Assembly (NCBI GenBank): GCA_963813715.1
Contig: CAWFAK010000008.1
Span: 128,001-192,000 of the forward strand
DNA length: 64,000 nucleotides
Direction of reading: 5' to 3'
DNA from: an uncultured Planctomycetaceae bacterium
GTDB lineage: Bacteria > Planctomycetota > Planctomycetia > Planctomycetales > Planctomycetaceae
The first letter of the stretch is position 1; each line of letters begins with the position of its first letter. The position numbers and the translations under genes are program-made. Below the pieces are notes generated by a model. That model was not told where the DNA came from, searched no databases, and saw only the letters and a program-made list of their open reading frames with translations. Shown in pieces: positions 1 through 10,710 of this stretch.

Positions 1-192
1 CTGGCATCGGAGACTGGGGATCGGCTGGCAGGTTGCCCTACGTCCGGACACCGACCAGCCACGCGGACTTGATCGGCCTTCCGCGCCAGCCGACGGGATT
101 CGTTGGGATGGGACTGCTTCGCGTGCGCGCGCATAACGGCTGGCCCGCGCGCCGTAATGCACGGCGGGCTTACTCGGCTGTCCGTCAGACGG

Positions 193-2695
193 TTACTGGC
201 TGACCGCCGAGTGCGTCGTCGCGTCGGCCGAGGGGGACCACTTCACCAGGAAGGCTTTGACCTTCGCCGGGTTGTGCTTGGGTCCTTCCTCGAGGACGTC
301 GGTTGGCTGGTCGCGCAGCACCTTGCCTTCCACGTCGAGGACAACGAGGTACGGAAAACCCATTCGCTTTTCGTCCGGGGCGTACTTCTTCAGCAGGTCC
401 TTATTCGTGTCTTCGTCGACCAGTACGAGGACAAACCCTTTCTTGAGCACCTCGGCCACGGCCGCCTCGTGCGTGAAGGTGTCGTGCAGCTTGTAGCACC
501 AGCTGCACCAGTTGCCGCCAAACTTCAGCAGCACGTGTTTGTGCTCGCGTTGGGCGAGCTTGAGGGCAGCCGCGATGTCGGCCTTGGCATCGGCCTTTTC
601 GTTGTAGATGGGCGGGCGTTTGGGTTTGTGAGAGGCGGCGGAAGCGGTCTCGGCCTTGGCGTCCTTTCAGGGAGAGCCCCACCAGCTTGCCGTCGTTGGT
701 GGCCAGCACGATGAACTGCCGGCCGCCGGCGAGATAGCTCATGGGCGTGGAACTGGGAGGAGCGGGCAGCTCGACGGTAGCGACGATGTGGCCGTCGGCC
801 TTGTCGAACGCGCGGAGCACGTTGGCCGCTTTCCCCGGGGCGGCGTGTCCGCCACGGCCGCCGAAACCTTGGGCGACGAAGAGCAGCGTTTTCGTCAAAA
901 GCGGCCCGCCTCCCGGAGCGCCGAGCGGTCCGACGTCGTGGCCGACGACTTGACTGATGACGGCCCGCGGCCCGTCGCCGTGTGGCACCATCCAGGCGCG
1001 TTCGCCGGTGTTGAGGTTGATCGCCGTAATTCGCCCATACGGAGGCTTGAAGAGCGGGAGCCCGTGCGGACCGGCCAAATCGCCGCCGAAGACCTGGCCG
1101 CCGCGGACGTACTTGAAATCGGAGCGAGCCGAGTCGGGTTCGTTGAGCTTCACGACGATCGGGTAGGTGATCGAAGGGATGTAAAGCAGGTTGGTTTCGG
1201 GATCGAAGGCGGCTCCCCACCAGTTTCCGCCGCCGCCCCAGCCGGGCAGGTTGATCGATCCCTTCACGCTGGGAGGCGTGAAGAGCGGGCCATGCGCATA
1301 TTTGTCGAGAATCTTTTTGCCTTCGGCCCTGAGTTCGGGAGTGAAATCGATGAGGTTGTCTTCAGTGGCTCCTTGCCGCTCGAACGGAGCCGGACGCGTC
1401 GGCATCGGTTGCGTGGGCGAGGTGACTTCGCCGGCCACGTCGGATGGCGGCACGGGGCGTTCTTCGATCGGCCAGACCGGTTTGCCGTTGGCCCGATCGA
1501 AGACGAACACAAAGCCGGTCTTCGTGATCTGTGCAACGGCCTGGATCGTGCGGCCGTCGACATGAATGGTGCAGAGCACTGGCGCCGCCGGCAGGTCGTA
1601 GTCCCACAGGCCGTGATGAACCGTTTGAAAATGCCAGATGCGTTTGCCCGTCGTGCCGTCGACGCACACCAGGCTGTCGGCAAACAGGTTGTCGCCCAGG
1701 CGATGGCCGCCGTACCAGTCATTCGTCGGCGTGCTCAAGGGGAGATAAACGTAGCCGGTCTCCTCGTCGACCGTCATCAGCGTCCAGACGTTGGTGTTGC
1801 CCGTGTATTTCCACGAGTCGTTCTTCCAGGTGTCGACGCCGAATTCGTTCCCCTGCGGGACAGTGTGGAAAATCCAGGCGGGCTTGCCGGTGCGGACGTC
1901 GAAGGCCTGCACGTCGCCGCGGGGCATCTCTTTGAATTGCGGGCCGTCGTGAATCGACGAACCGACGATCACCACGTTGCGGCAGACGACCGGCGGAGAC
2001 GTGATCGTGTAGAGCTGAGGCACGACGGCGTGCGGGATGGCTTTGCTGAAATCGATCTTTCCGCCTTCGCCGAAATCCGCCGCCGGTTTGCCGGTCTTGG
2101 CATCGATGGCCCACAGATGGGCGTCGTGCGTCGCAATAAAGATTCGCTCGAGCGTGCCGTCGGTCCAGTAGGCCACGCCCCGATTGACGAAGCCCAGATT
2201 GCCCGGCCGCCCTGCCTCGTAGCTTTTCGGATCGAAGATCCATTTCTCTTTGCCGGTTTGCGCGTCGAGCGCCGCGACGTGACAGAGCGAACTGGTCGCG
2301 TAGAGCGTGCCGCCGACCATCAACGGCGTGTCCTCGTACGCGAACGAAGTCAGCATGCGATTGGTTTTGCGCATCTCGACGTAGGGGGATTCCCAGGTCC
2401 ACTCGACGGCAAGCTTGGCGGCGTTGTCGCGGTTGATCTGCGACAGCGGCGTGTACTTGGTGCTGCCCTGGTCGTGGGCGTAGTACCGCCATTCGCCGAC
2501 CGGCTGCGTGGCAGTCTCGTCGCCGGCGTGCGCGGACGGGATCGCTTGCCCGCACGCCAAAAGCAAAAAACCTGCCCCCGCGAGGAGCCCGAGCACGGCT
2601 GAACAGAAAGAGGACAAACGCCGCGCCGAGCGGACGGATCGCCGCGCTCGCAAATCGACCCGCAATCGCCCGCAACTCATGTCAGCGCCTCGCAT
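193..2695 (-). CDS. PQQ-dependent (glucose/quinate-type) dehydrogenase beta-propeller, apparently fused through one frameshift (~665) to a C-terminal thioredoxin-like domain
   Basis: Quinoprotein motifs are present ([42 protein letters not shown]). Removing one A in CTGAAAGGAC joins it in frame to ...[39 protein letters not shown] (ORF 193..534). Start codon uncertain. Confidence 0.8.
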
Positions 2696-2814
2696 GCTGG
2701 GGACGGGAAGTTTCAGACTTTTGGAATTCTTCTCTCATAGCCATTGACGCGCCAGCCGTAACGGTACAAATGTATACGTACCAGTGACGAGCCTGGACAG
2801 CCAGCGCGGTAAGC

Positions 2815-3054
2815 ATGGACAGCGAGCAACTGACCGCACGACAGGCCGAAAGCATGCGGAACGCACTGATCCCGCACGTTCGCTACCTCTACAAGATGCA
2901 AATCCGCATGGAGAAGACCGGCTTTCCGGCCACTGACGAACTGTTCCAAGCCACCCGACGCGCCTACGACGCGGTTCAGGAACTGTGCATGAAGCTGCAC
3001 TACCTCTCCTGCAAAAGCGGCGTCGGCTCGAAGACCCGCACGGGCGAGACGTAA
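2815..3054 (+). CDS. small hypothetical protein (79 aa)
   Basis: Protein-like composition and GC3-biased codons; divergent from the PQQ gene, with TTGACG upstream at 2744. Confidence 0.6.
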   Translation: MDSEQLTARQAESMRNALIPHVRYLYKMQIRMEKTGFPATDELFQATRRAYDAVQELCMKLHYLSCKSGVGSKTRTGET

Positions 3055-3067
3055 AGGAGACAACGAG

Positions 3068-3274
3068 ATGGACCATTCGACCGACGCCGCGCTTCGCGAC
3101 ACGCTGGGGTTGATTCTGCGCGAGTACTTGAAGGCGATGCCCCGGCGCGGCGGTTCCGGCGGCGAGCACGACACGGCGACGAAAACCGCCGGCGCGGTGG
3201 GTCGAGCGGAGCTGCGGGCGTTGGGCTCGATCGAAGCTTCGCCCATCCGCCGCCTAAGTCCGCCGCGGAGTTAG
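3068..3274 (+). CDS. small hypothetical protein
   Basis: AAAGGAG RBS-like sequence upstream of the ATG, directly after the 79-aa gene. Confidence 0.3.
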   Translation: MDHSTDAALRDTLGLILREYLKAMPRRGGSGGEHDTATKTAGAVGRAELRALGSIEASPIRRLSPPRS

Positions 3275-3479
3275 GCAGACGCCGCTTGCGCACTCCGCCG
3301 GTACGACACGCAGCCGCACAGCGTTCAGCCGAAAGGTGTTATTGCTGGGATCGTCTGAGGCAACGTTTGAAGTCGCTTGCCGGGCGGAATTCGACTTTTT
3401 CGCTCTGTGAGGGCGGTAGTTGTATAGTCAATGGCGAATCGCTGGTGCCTTTGGCGACAACCATGTGAAGGCAACGTAC

Positions 3480-5029
3480 ATGACAGTTCATGAATGGTAC
3501 TACAAGAGTCCCAAGGACGACGAGCTGGGACCGTTCACCGCGGCGGACCTGAAGAGGCTTGCTTCGATGGGTCACATCAACCGCAGCACCATGGTCCGAA
3601 AAGGGCTGATGGTCGATGGGTAGCAGCGGTGAATGTGAAAGGGCTGGGTGCAGGCGAACCTTCCGGAGCGACAACGGTGCCGACCGTTGCGCCCTGCTAC
3701 CGGTGTGCGCATGCGGTTGGGAGAGACCGAAGGAAAGTCGAAATGTCCATTGTCGACAGGGGTACGCGACGCGCGATCTGCCGCACTTGCGCAAGAAAGG
3801 CATTGTCGCCCATTGTGCTCGTCGGCGCTCAGTGACGTAACCTTAGCGATCGTTGGTTTGGTCGGACTCAGCCTTATGATGTTCATGAGGAATGATAAGC
3901 GCACGCAAGGGGCACTAGACGAGCTAGATGCTGCGCCGACGGGTGGCACGGAAGCCACCTCACGGCTGAATCCAGTTAGCCAGCAACGACTCACCGAAAG
4001 AAACAGTCCAGACCCGACATCCGCTTGGCATCGCCGAGGCCGTCGTCAAGGCATACCTCGGCGCGAAGGTTTGGGAAGAGCGACTGCAATTTGTTTCAAC
4101 CGCAGCAAGTGCGCCTCAGATGGAGCAATACTACTGGAACGCGCATTTTGCTTCGGCGATTTCTACCGGGGGCGATCCTTTCGGTAGAGGGGCCCGAAGA
4201 ACCGGTTGGGGCCAAATGCCTCGTTACGGTTGACGTTAGCACGTCGACACCCAATGTGCCGAGACTGCACTATCCGGTCGTCCGTACTGAGGAAGGTTTC
4301 AAAGTCGATTGGACGGAAAGCCAGGCCTTCCACCGGCAAAACGAAGAAGATGGAGTGCGAAAGCAGGATGGGACGACGGAAGTCGGGATGGAGGTGCTCA
4401 ATGGCTCGACGTACCGACGCGAGATGGAATTAGATTGACCAATAATTGTCGGGCGGTTCTGGATTACGTAGAAGTGACGATCGATATCTCAATTCAAAGG
4501 CAACTATATTGGCCACAGCTATACGAATGAGGCGAATGTGCGGCCGGGTGGCTCGTTTACGAAGGAACTGCATTTCTACAACGTGAAGGTTGGAGAGATT
4601 GGGTCATGGAAGTCATCCCTCAAAGTGACGGTCACGCTTGCCAACGGTGAGCTCCGAGAAGCCACGCCTCTGTTCAAATTGAACGAAACACTTTCAGGCT
4701 CTGATCCAAAGCAGCCCAAGCGAATCGAAGAACGACTCATCGGACATTGGCGTGATAATTCTGCCAACACTCCGTTTGAAAGCGCCGGGGAATACTTCTT
4801 TTCGTCAACGATCCCCGAGGCAATGCGAATCGACTCCGCAGGTGGCCGGCTGCGATTCTCAATCGACGTCCTAGAACGAAATTATGCCGCTGGAGTCATG
4901 AAAGTTCGCCTCCTTAGCCACGACTCGGGTTGCAATTCAATGTGGCTCCGATCGGCGAGAGTTCGGCGCAACGCTAAGCGGCATTTCACGCACTGTTCGC
5001 GACTCGCTGAGCAAAACGACGCAACCTGA
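3480..5029 (+). pseudogene. GYF_2 (DUF4339)-domain membrane protein, multiply frameshifted
   Basis: N-terminus WYYKSPKDDELGPFTAADLKRLASMGHINRSTMVRK-(fs)-GRWVAAVNVKGL is GYF_2-like. Then a CxxC...CxxC segment, a TM segment (LAIVGLVGLSLMMFM) and further fragments in other frames. Visibly AT-richer than the flanks. Confidence 0.6.
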
Positions 5030-5092
5030 CAAATCGCAAGCGAATGGGAATTGGATCGATAAGACAGATCGACCATGAGCTCTCACCTTCAA

Positions 5093-6586
5093 TTAATAAG
5101 GCGAGCTGTCGCTCTTACGTCTGCTCTGTAATTCAGTGAGACGGTTCAGGTAAGCCCGTTCAGCTCGTGTTGGAAGATCCTCAGCGCGGGGCGTCCATCC
5201 GAAGAGTCGCTTTTGCTTGATCTCTTCGGCCACTGCGGGAGGGACCTGACTGAACCAGCCGGCGTCGCCCGCCTGGATCTGCCGCAGGACCTGGTCCGAA
5301 TCGATGCCGCGGCACGCCGGGTTCGCCCCCACGATCGGCACGATGTAGCGATTTTCGAGCAGGTGCTGATACAGATGTCGCACCCGCGAGGGAACCTGGA
5401 CGGTCTCGGCCGTGACCAGCTGTTGCGTGTCGTGGTCCCAGCGCGGATAGACGTACATGCGGACGTTGTCGGCAAACAAGCGACCCACCGCCTCGAGCGT
5501 GCCGCCGCGGAGGCCTTCGTAGTGTGTGTCGTCGAGAATGTCCAAGAGCGCCGGAACGCCGAGGGCGATGCCGACCTTCTTTTGCGTGTACCGCGAAAAA
5601 TCTTCGACCAGGCCGTAATAGGGCCCGTGATTGGAGATCAGCACGGTCTTTCCCAGGATGCCCAGGATGTCGACCCGATCGAGAAAGTCCTGCTTGTCGA
5701 CGCCTTGCTGCGGATGCAGGTCGCGTAGCGTCAGCTCCATTAGCTCGATCGGCTCTTCACCGACCAACTCGGGCTCGGCCCGGAATTGTTCGAGCCCTTT
5801 GTCGAGGAGATCCATCGACAACAAGTTGACGGGACGAAAACGGCCCCGCTCGACCAGGATCGGCCGCTGATAGAGCACTTCGGCCGGCTGCACGACCTCG
5901 CCTTGAGCGGTAAACAGCGCCGTGTCGGTGAAGGCCCGCTCGATCAGCTGCAGGCACATCAGCCGATTGTCGACGCCGGCAAACGCGGGGCCGCAGAACT
6001 TGACCATGTCGATCTCGACCCGCTCGCGGGTGAGATGATCGAAGAGCGAGGCCAAGAGGCCTTCCGGATCAGCGTGGCCATAGACGGCGCCGTGCAGCAA
6101 ATTGACGCCGACGAGGCCGATCGCCTCGCGTTCGCGCTGCCGATCCGAATCGTGCGTGGCGACATGGACGATGATATCCGACGGTTCGGCCCGCGGCGCC
6201 GTTTGAAAACGGACGCCCAGCCAGGCATGTCCGGCGGAGCGACGGGTGCGGCTGTGCGAGGCGGCCGTGTCGGCAAAGACAAAAAACGCCGTCTGGTCGC
6301 CGCGCAGCGGGCCGAGCCGCTCGAGGAGCAACTCGTATTCGTAGGCCAGCATGGACTCGAGCCGCTTGCGGCTGACGTAGCGTTCGCTGCGGCCGTAGAT
6401 GGCGTCGCTGACCACCATGTCGTACGCGGAGATGGTCTTGGCGACGGTTCCCGAGGCGCCGCCCACTTGAAAGAACCAGCGGGCCACTTCCTGTCCGGCG
6501 CCGATCTCGGCGAACGTCCCGTAGACCCGCGCATCCTGGTTCATCCGGAGCGCTTTTTCTTCCGGCGAGAGCAGCTGTCCATCCAT
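5093..6586 (-). CDS. conserved protein of the 'YGTFAEIGAGQEVAR' family (nucleotidyltransferase-like; often loosely annotated)
   Basis: Recognisable conserved N-terminus GTFAEIGAGQEVARWFF.VGGASGTVAKTISAYDM and the motif LVERGRFRPV. Function not established. Confidence 0.75.
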   Translation of the reverse strand: MDGQLLSPEEKALRMNQDARVYGTFAEIGAGQEVARWFFQVGGASGTVAKTISAYDMVVSDAIYGRSERYVSRKRLESMLAYEYELLLERLGPLRGDQTAFFVFADTAASHSRTRRSAGHAWLGVRFQTAPRAEPSDIIVHVATHDSDRQREREAIGLVGVNLLHGAVYGHADPEGLLASLFDHLTRERVEIDMVKFCGPAFAGVDNRLMCLQLIERAFTDTALFTAQGEVVQPAEVLYQRPILVERGRFRPVNLLSMDLLDKGLEQFRAEPELVGEEPIELMELTLRDLHPQQGVDKQDFLDRVDILGILGKTVLISNHGPYYGLVEDFSRYTQKKVGIALGVPALLDILDDTHYEGLRGGTLEAVGRLFADNVRMYVYPRWDHDTQQLVTAETVQVPSRVRHLYQHLLENRYIVPIVGANPACRGIDSDQVLRQIQAGDAGWFSQVPPAVAEEIKQKRLFGWTPRAEDLPTRAERAYLNRLTELQSRRKSDSSPY

Positions 6587-6869
6587 CGGCTCGTCTTCCC
6601 CTGCGACTGTCGAGACCCGCCTGCCGCACCAAATCGTGATCGATCCGGCGACGCGGCGAAAGGCTCAGGCTCGAAGCGCTCCGCCTTCGTAGGGTGTGAC
6701 TAGGCCGCTTCGGCCGCAGGCACACCATGAGGAGCCGCCGATTCTTGGATCAATTTGCGATCGCGCGCGAAAACGGTGTGCCTGCGTCCGCCCGCAGGCG
6801 GACTGGTCACACCCTACGGTGCCGGACCGGACCGCGGGCGCCGGTCGTTCGATCCGCGCACCGTCTCGG

Positions 6870-8548
6870 CTATCGCGTGAAATTCAATCCCGGGTCGTTC
6901 GGCGGGCCGCCCACCATTTTGAAGGAGAAGCGATCCGGTCCCTCGGCGTTGACCTTACCGACCATCGTGCCGCCGTTGTCGTATTCCAGTACCAGGGTGG
7001 TGCCGGCCAGCTCGTACTTGCCGCCGAAGGACTGCGTCTTGTCGGGCCGGGCGTACTTCCAGTTGAACTTGCCGTCGGCGCCCAGCGACAGGTCGATGGT
7101 GCCGCCGCCCGCCGGGGGTGCCGCGTGCCACGACCCGGCCACGTTGGCTGGCGCCGTCAATTGGGTGTCGGACGGGGCGTTTGCCGGAGCTTCGGCCGTG
7201 GCCGGCGCGACGGCGGTGCCATTTCCATTGCCGTTGCCATTTCCGTTGTCAGGCGGCGCAATCATCGCCAGCAATTGTCGCGAGACTTGATCGTTGGGGG
7301 CGAGCTTCACCACCTGCTCGAACTGGCGGGCGGCAGGGTTCGGGTAACCCTCCGTCAAGTATTCGTAGCCCAGCAAAAAGTGCAGATCGGCCGAGTTATC
7401 GTTCTGCCGCACCGCGTCTTCCAGGGCGCGAAGCTGCTTGGTGTAGATATCGACGCTCGGATACAGGCTGCTCATCGTGGTCCAGTCCCAGCCGGGACCG
7501 ACGGACAGCACGGCGTAAAGCGTACCAGCCGCTTCCTTATAGCGGCCCATGGCGAAGAGGACGAGCGCGCGAAACTCGTGCAAGGGCGTGTCGCTCGGCG
7601 TCTTGGCGATGGCCGCATCGATCGTCGACAGGGCGGTCGGATAATCGCCTTTGTAGAAAGCGTCGCGGGCCTGGTCGCTCAGCGATACGGCACCCGTCAC
7701 CGAGGGATCGTTCGGATCGGGCAAGGCCGCGGTCGTCACGATGGGCTGACCGTAGTCGAGGGCCGGGTATTCGACGGTCGTCGGGGCGATGTAATACGGG
7801 TTGTAGTACGGATAGTAGCCGGTGTCGTAGAAGAGCGAACCAACGGCCCACGAGGTCAAGCCGAGGGCCGCGGTCCCGATGCCCCAACTCGCCCAGGGAT
7901 GGGAGTACCACCAGCCGTTGCCCCAATGCCCGTTCCAGTAGCCGTGATACCAGGAGTTGTGAACGTTGTGCCAATAATCGCTGCGATTGTTGATGCGATC
8001 GCCGCGGTTATTGATTCGGTCGCCCTGGTTATTGATCCGGTCGCCGCGGTTGTCGATGCGGTCGCCGCGGTTATCGATGCGATCCCGCGAGTCCGGTTGT
8101 TGACCCGGTTGTCCCGATTGGGGAGACGATCCCCGCCGTTATTGATCCGGTCGCCGGCATTGGGAAACCGGTTGCCGACATCGCCGCGATTCTCGATGTT
8201 CGGTCGATTGTTGGCGAAGTTCTGGCGGTTGGCCGCCGCCACCGAAGTTGCCGCCGTTACCGAAATTCCCGTTGAAGCCACCGCCGGCGCCGCCGCGGAA
8301 CCCGCCGCCGTTGACGTTGCCTCCGTTGAAGCTCCACCACCGCGGAAGCCGCCGCCGCCGTTGAAGCCGCCACCGCCGCCGCCTCCACGGAAACCGCCAC
8401 CGCCTCCTCCGCCGCCGCGGAACCACCGCCGCCCCCCGCGACCGATGGCCCAGACCTCGGTCACGGGCGCGGCCAACAGCGCGAAGCTCGTCAGGGAAAC
8501 ACCGGCAATCCGTTTGAAGGAAACGGTCAGGCTTGTCTTATCGCTCAT
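6870..8548 (-). CDS. secreted Gly-rich / repeat / TPR protein (frameshifted)
   Basis: Signal peptide, GGGFRGGG repeats, RI(N/D)NRGD repeats, a W/H/Y-rich segment (YYNPYY), then TPR-like helices (HEFRALVLFAMGRYKEAAGTLYAVLSVGPGWDW). The ORF is split across frames. Confidence 0.75.
7985..8160 (-). repeat. 21-bp coding tandem repeats (heptad RI[ND]N[RQ]GD)
   Basis: Repeated GGTCGCCGCGGTT(A/G)T(T/C)GAT units on the + strand. Confidence 0.8.
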
Positions 8549-8575
8549 TGCAAATGTCCTCGATCTCGCGGCCGA

Positions 8576-9523
8576 TCAGCGGGCGACGCCTGGTTCGGGA
8601 GGTCTGCGGACGATCTTGACCTCGGTCGGCGGCATCATTTCGGTTCCGACGACGTGGTCAGTCGAGCGCCAGGTGTAGGAGTGTTTGCTCGTCGGCGTGA
8701 TCAGATTGGTGGCCGACGAAGGTGTGCCGTCGCGGCGAACGCCCGTCGCTTTCACGACCCAGTGATCGCCGGCATTGGTCCAGATCGACTCGCCGTGTCC
8801 GCCTTCGGTATCGAACTGCCACGACTTGATCCGCTTGGTGAGCGGGTCCCAGCCGATGCGCTGGCTGATATCCATGGCGTCGCGGCCCCGCATGCGGACC
8901 TTGATGTCGCCCAGAATGTAATTCTTGTTCTCGGCCCACTTGTATGACGTGAGGACGACCGATTCGCGGCTTTCGTCGATCCAATCGCCGACCAGCCATT
9001 CGAGCGGCTTCAATCGGTCGTAGTTGGTCATTTCGGTGCCCGGCGTGTCGTGGACAAAGCCCATCAGCCACTGGCCGGACCGGGTCTTGATATGCAGGGC
9101 CGTGTAGCGATCGACGTCGGCCGGTTCGTTGGGCCGGTGCGTGACCTTGGTGACGCCGGTTTCGACCGCGAGCGCCGTGCCGATGAAACGAATCGATTCA
9201 ATCTCGACGGACATCTGCGGCTGCGGCTTTTCGGCGACGATGGTCGCGAAGACCTTTTCGATCGCCTCGCGCCCCTGTGTGGTGTTTCCCTCTTCGTCGA
9301 CCATCTGCGCTTCCGGCACAAACAGCTTGCCGATGGCCGCCGCGTCGCCCGCGTTGAACGCTTTGACGAACGCCTCGACGTTGGCGCGGATGACGGATTC
9401 ATCCTTCGACGGCACAACCTGGGACTGACCGGTCGCCGGCGAGCGGTCTTGAGCATGCGCGAGACCCGCCGCCGCGGCCAGTCCCAGAACAATCAGCAAA
9501 GACCTTCGAGTGAGTTGCAACAT
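8576..9523 (-). CDS. secreted SgcJ/EcaC-like (NTF2-like/DUF4440) protein
   Basis: Signal peptide; FVKAFNAGDAAAI...GREAIE NTF2-like domain; second domain LEWLVGDW...RIGWDPLTKRIKSWQFD. Confidence 0.8.
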   Translation of the reverse strand: MLQLTRRSLLIVLGLAAAAGLAHAQDRSPATGQSQVVPSKDESVIRANVEAFVKAFNAGDAAAIGKLFVPEAQMVDEEGNTTQGREAIEKVFATIVAEKPQPQMSVEIESIRFIGTALAVETGVTKVTHRPNEPADVDRYTALHIKTRSGQWLMGFVHDTPGTEMTNYDRLKPLEWLVGDWIDESRESVVLTSYKWAENKNYILGDIKVRMRGRDAMDISQRIGWDPLTKRIKSWQFDTEGGHGESIWTNAGDHWVVKATGVRRDGTPSSATNLITPTSKHSYTWRSTDHVVGTEMMPPTEVKIVRRPPEPGVAR

Positions 9524-9954
9524 GGAGTCACCTCCGCGGTGAAGACATCTCACGCAGCGACCGTGGCGGGAACTTGCGGCACGTCCCCCCACTGAAACGT
9601 CTGCTGCGATTCAGCTGACAAATTGCGCAAGCGCTGCCAAAAACTGCCCAAGGTCGATCGGAGCCGACTTAGCGACAGGACGGCAACCCGATCGCACGAT
9701 TCCGCGCTTGAATTCTGCCCGTGATCTCGCCGCCCGAATTGCGGCAGCGACGGTTCCGAAACGGCGTTGCGTGGGACGAATGCCGCCGTTGTGGGAGCAG
9801 TCGCGACAGCTACAATGTGATCTCCGCACCTGGCAAAATCAAGGGCGCTCTCGCCGCTGCCGAGCTCTTTCATCCGCCGCGCAACGGCGCGTCGCGTCCT
9901 GTCGCCATCGCCGGTCGACCCAAATTCGCCGAACGGAAAAATCGGAATCGCGCC

Positions 9955-10680
9955 GTGGTCGGAGAGATCACTCGACAAGACCGCAGACACCGGTTGCACG
10001 TCTGGCGGATGCTGCTCTTTCTCTTGGCGATTTATGGCGTCGCCGCCTATTTCGTCATTCCCTACGGCTGGAAGCGTTACGCGCGGCGGCATCCCGAGCT
10101 CGAAGACATCCCGCGGATCACCCACACCGCCAGCGGAATTCCGGGAGACGCGCTCAACGTGGAGCTGATCGGCACCGAGCGAGATCTGAAGAGTGCCATG
10201 ATCGCGGCCCACTGGTACCCGGCCGATTCGCTCACGCTCCGCAGTTGCCTGGAAATCGCCGAGGCGACCGTCCTCAAACGGGCCTATGACGATGCTCCGG
10301 TCAGCAATCTTTATCTCTTCGGTCGCCGCGAGGACCTGGCCTTCGAGAAGCCGGTCGGTAAGAACCCGCGGGCCCGGCATCACGTGCGGTTTTGGCGCGA
10401 TCCGACGGCGGATGCCGAGGATCGCACGGTCTGGATGGGTGCGGCCACCTACGACAAAAGCGTCGGCTTCAGCCACCGCACGGGACAGATCACCCACCAC
10501 ACGGACCCCAACATCGATGCCGAGCGCGACTTTTTGTTGATGGACCTCCAGACCACGGGCGGCCTGGCCTCGATCGACATCGTTGACGGATTCCATACTG
10601 CGTTGTCAGGCAAGAATGGCGGCGGAGATCCGTGGCATACCGACGGCCGACTGTTCATCGGTGTGCTCGAACCGCGCTAA
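9955..10680 (+). CDS. LssY C-terminal domain protein
   Basis: GDALNVELIG, AAHWYPAD, APVSNLYLFGRREDLAFE, RHHVRFW, ATYD, THHTDPNIDAERD; N-terminal TM segment. Start approximate. Confidence 0.8.
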   Translation: MVGEITRQDRRHRLHVWRMLLFLLAIYGVAAYFVIPYGWKRYARRHPELEDIPRITHTASGIPGDALNVELIGTERDLKSAMIAAHWYPADSLTLRSCLEIAEATVLKRAYDDAPVSNLYLFGRREDLAFEKPVGKNPRARHHVRFWRDPTADAEDRTVWMGAATYDKSVGFSHRTGQITHHTDPNIDAERDFLLMDLQTTGGLASIDIVDGFHTALSGKNGGGDPWHTDGRLFIGVLEPR

Positions 10681-10710
10681 GAACCCTGGACGAATCGATC
10701 TGAGAAATCC

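Noticed and set aside
7985..8160. Possible CRISPR array
   Set aside because: Contiguous 21-bp coding repeats with no unique spacers and no cas genes. No CRISPR array was seen in the window.
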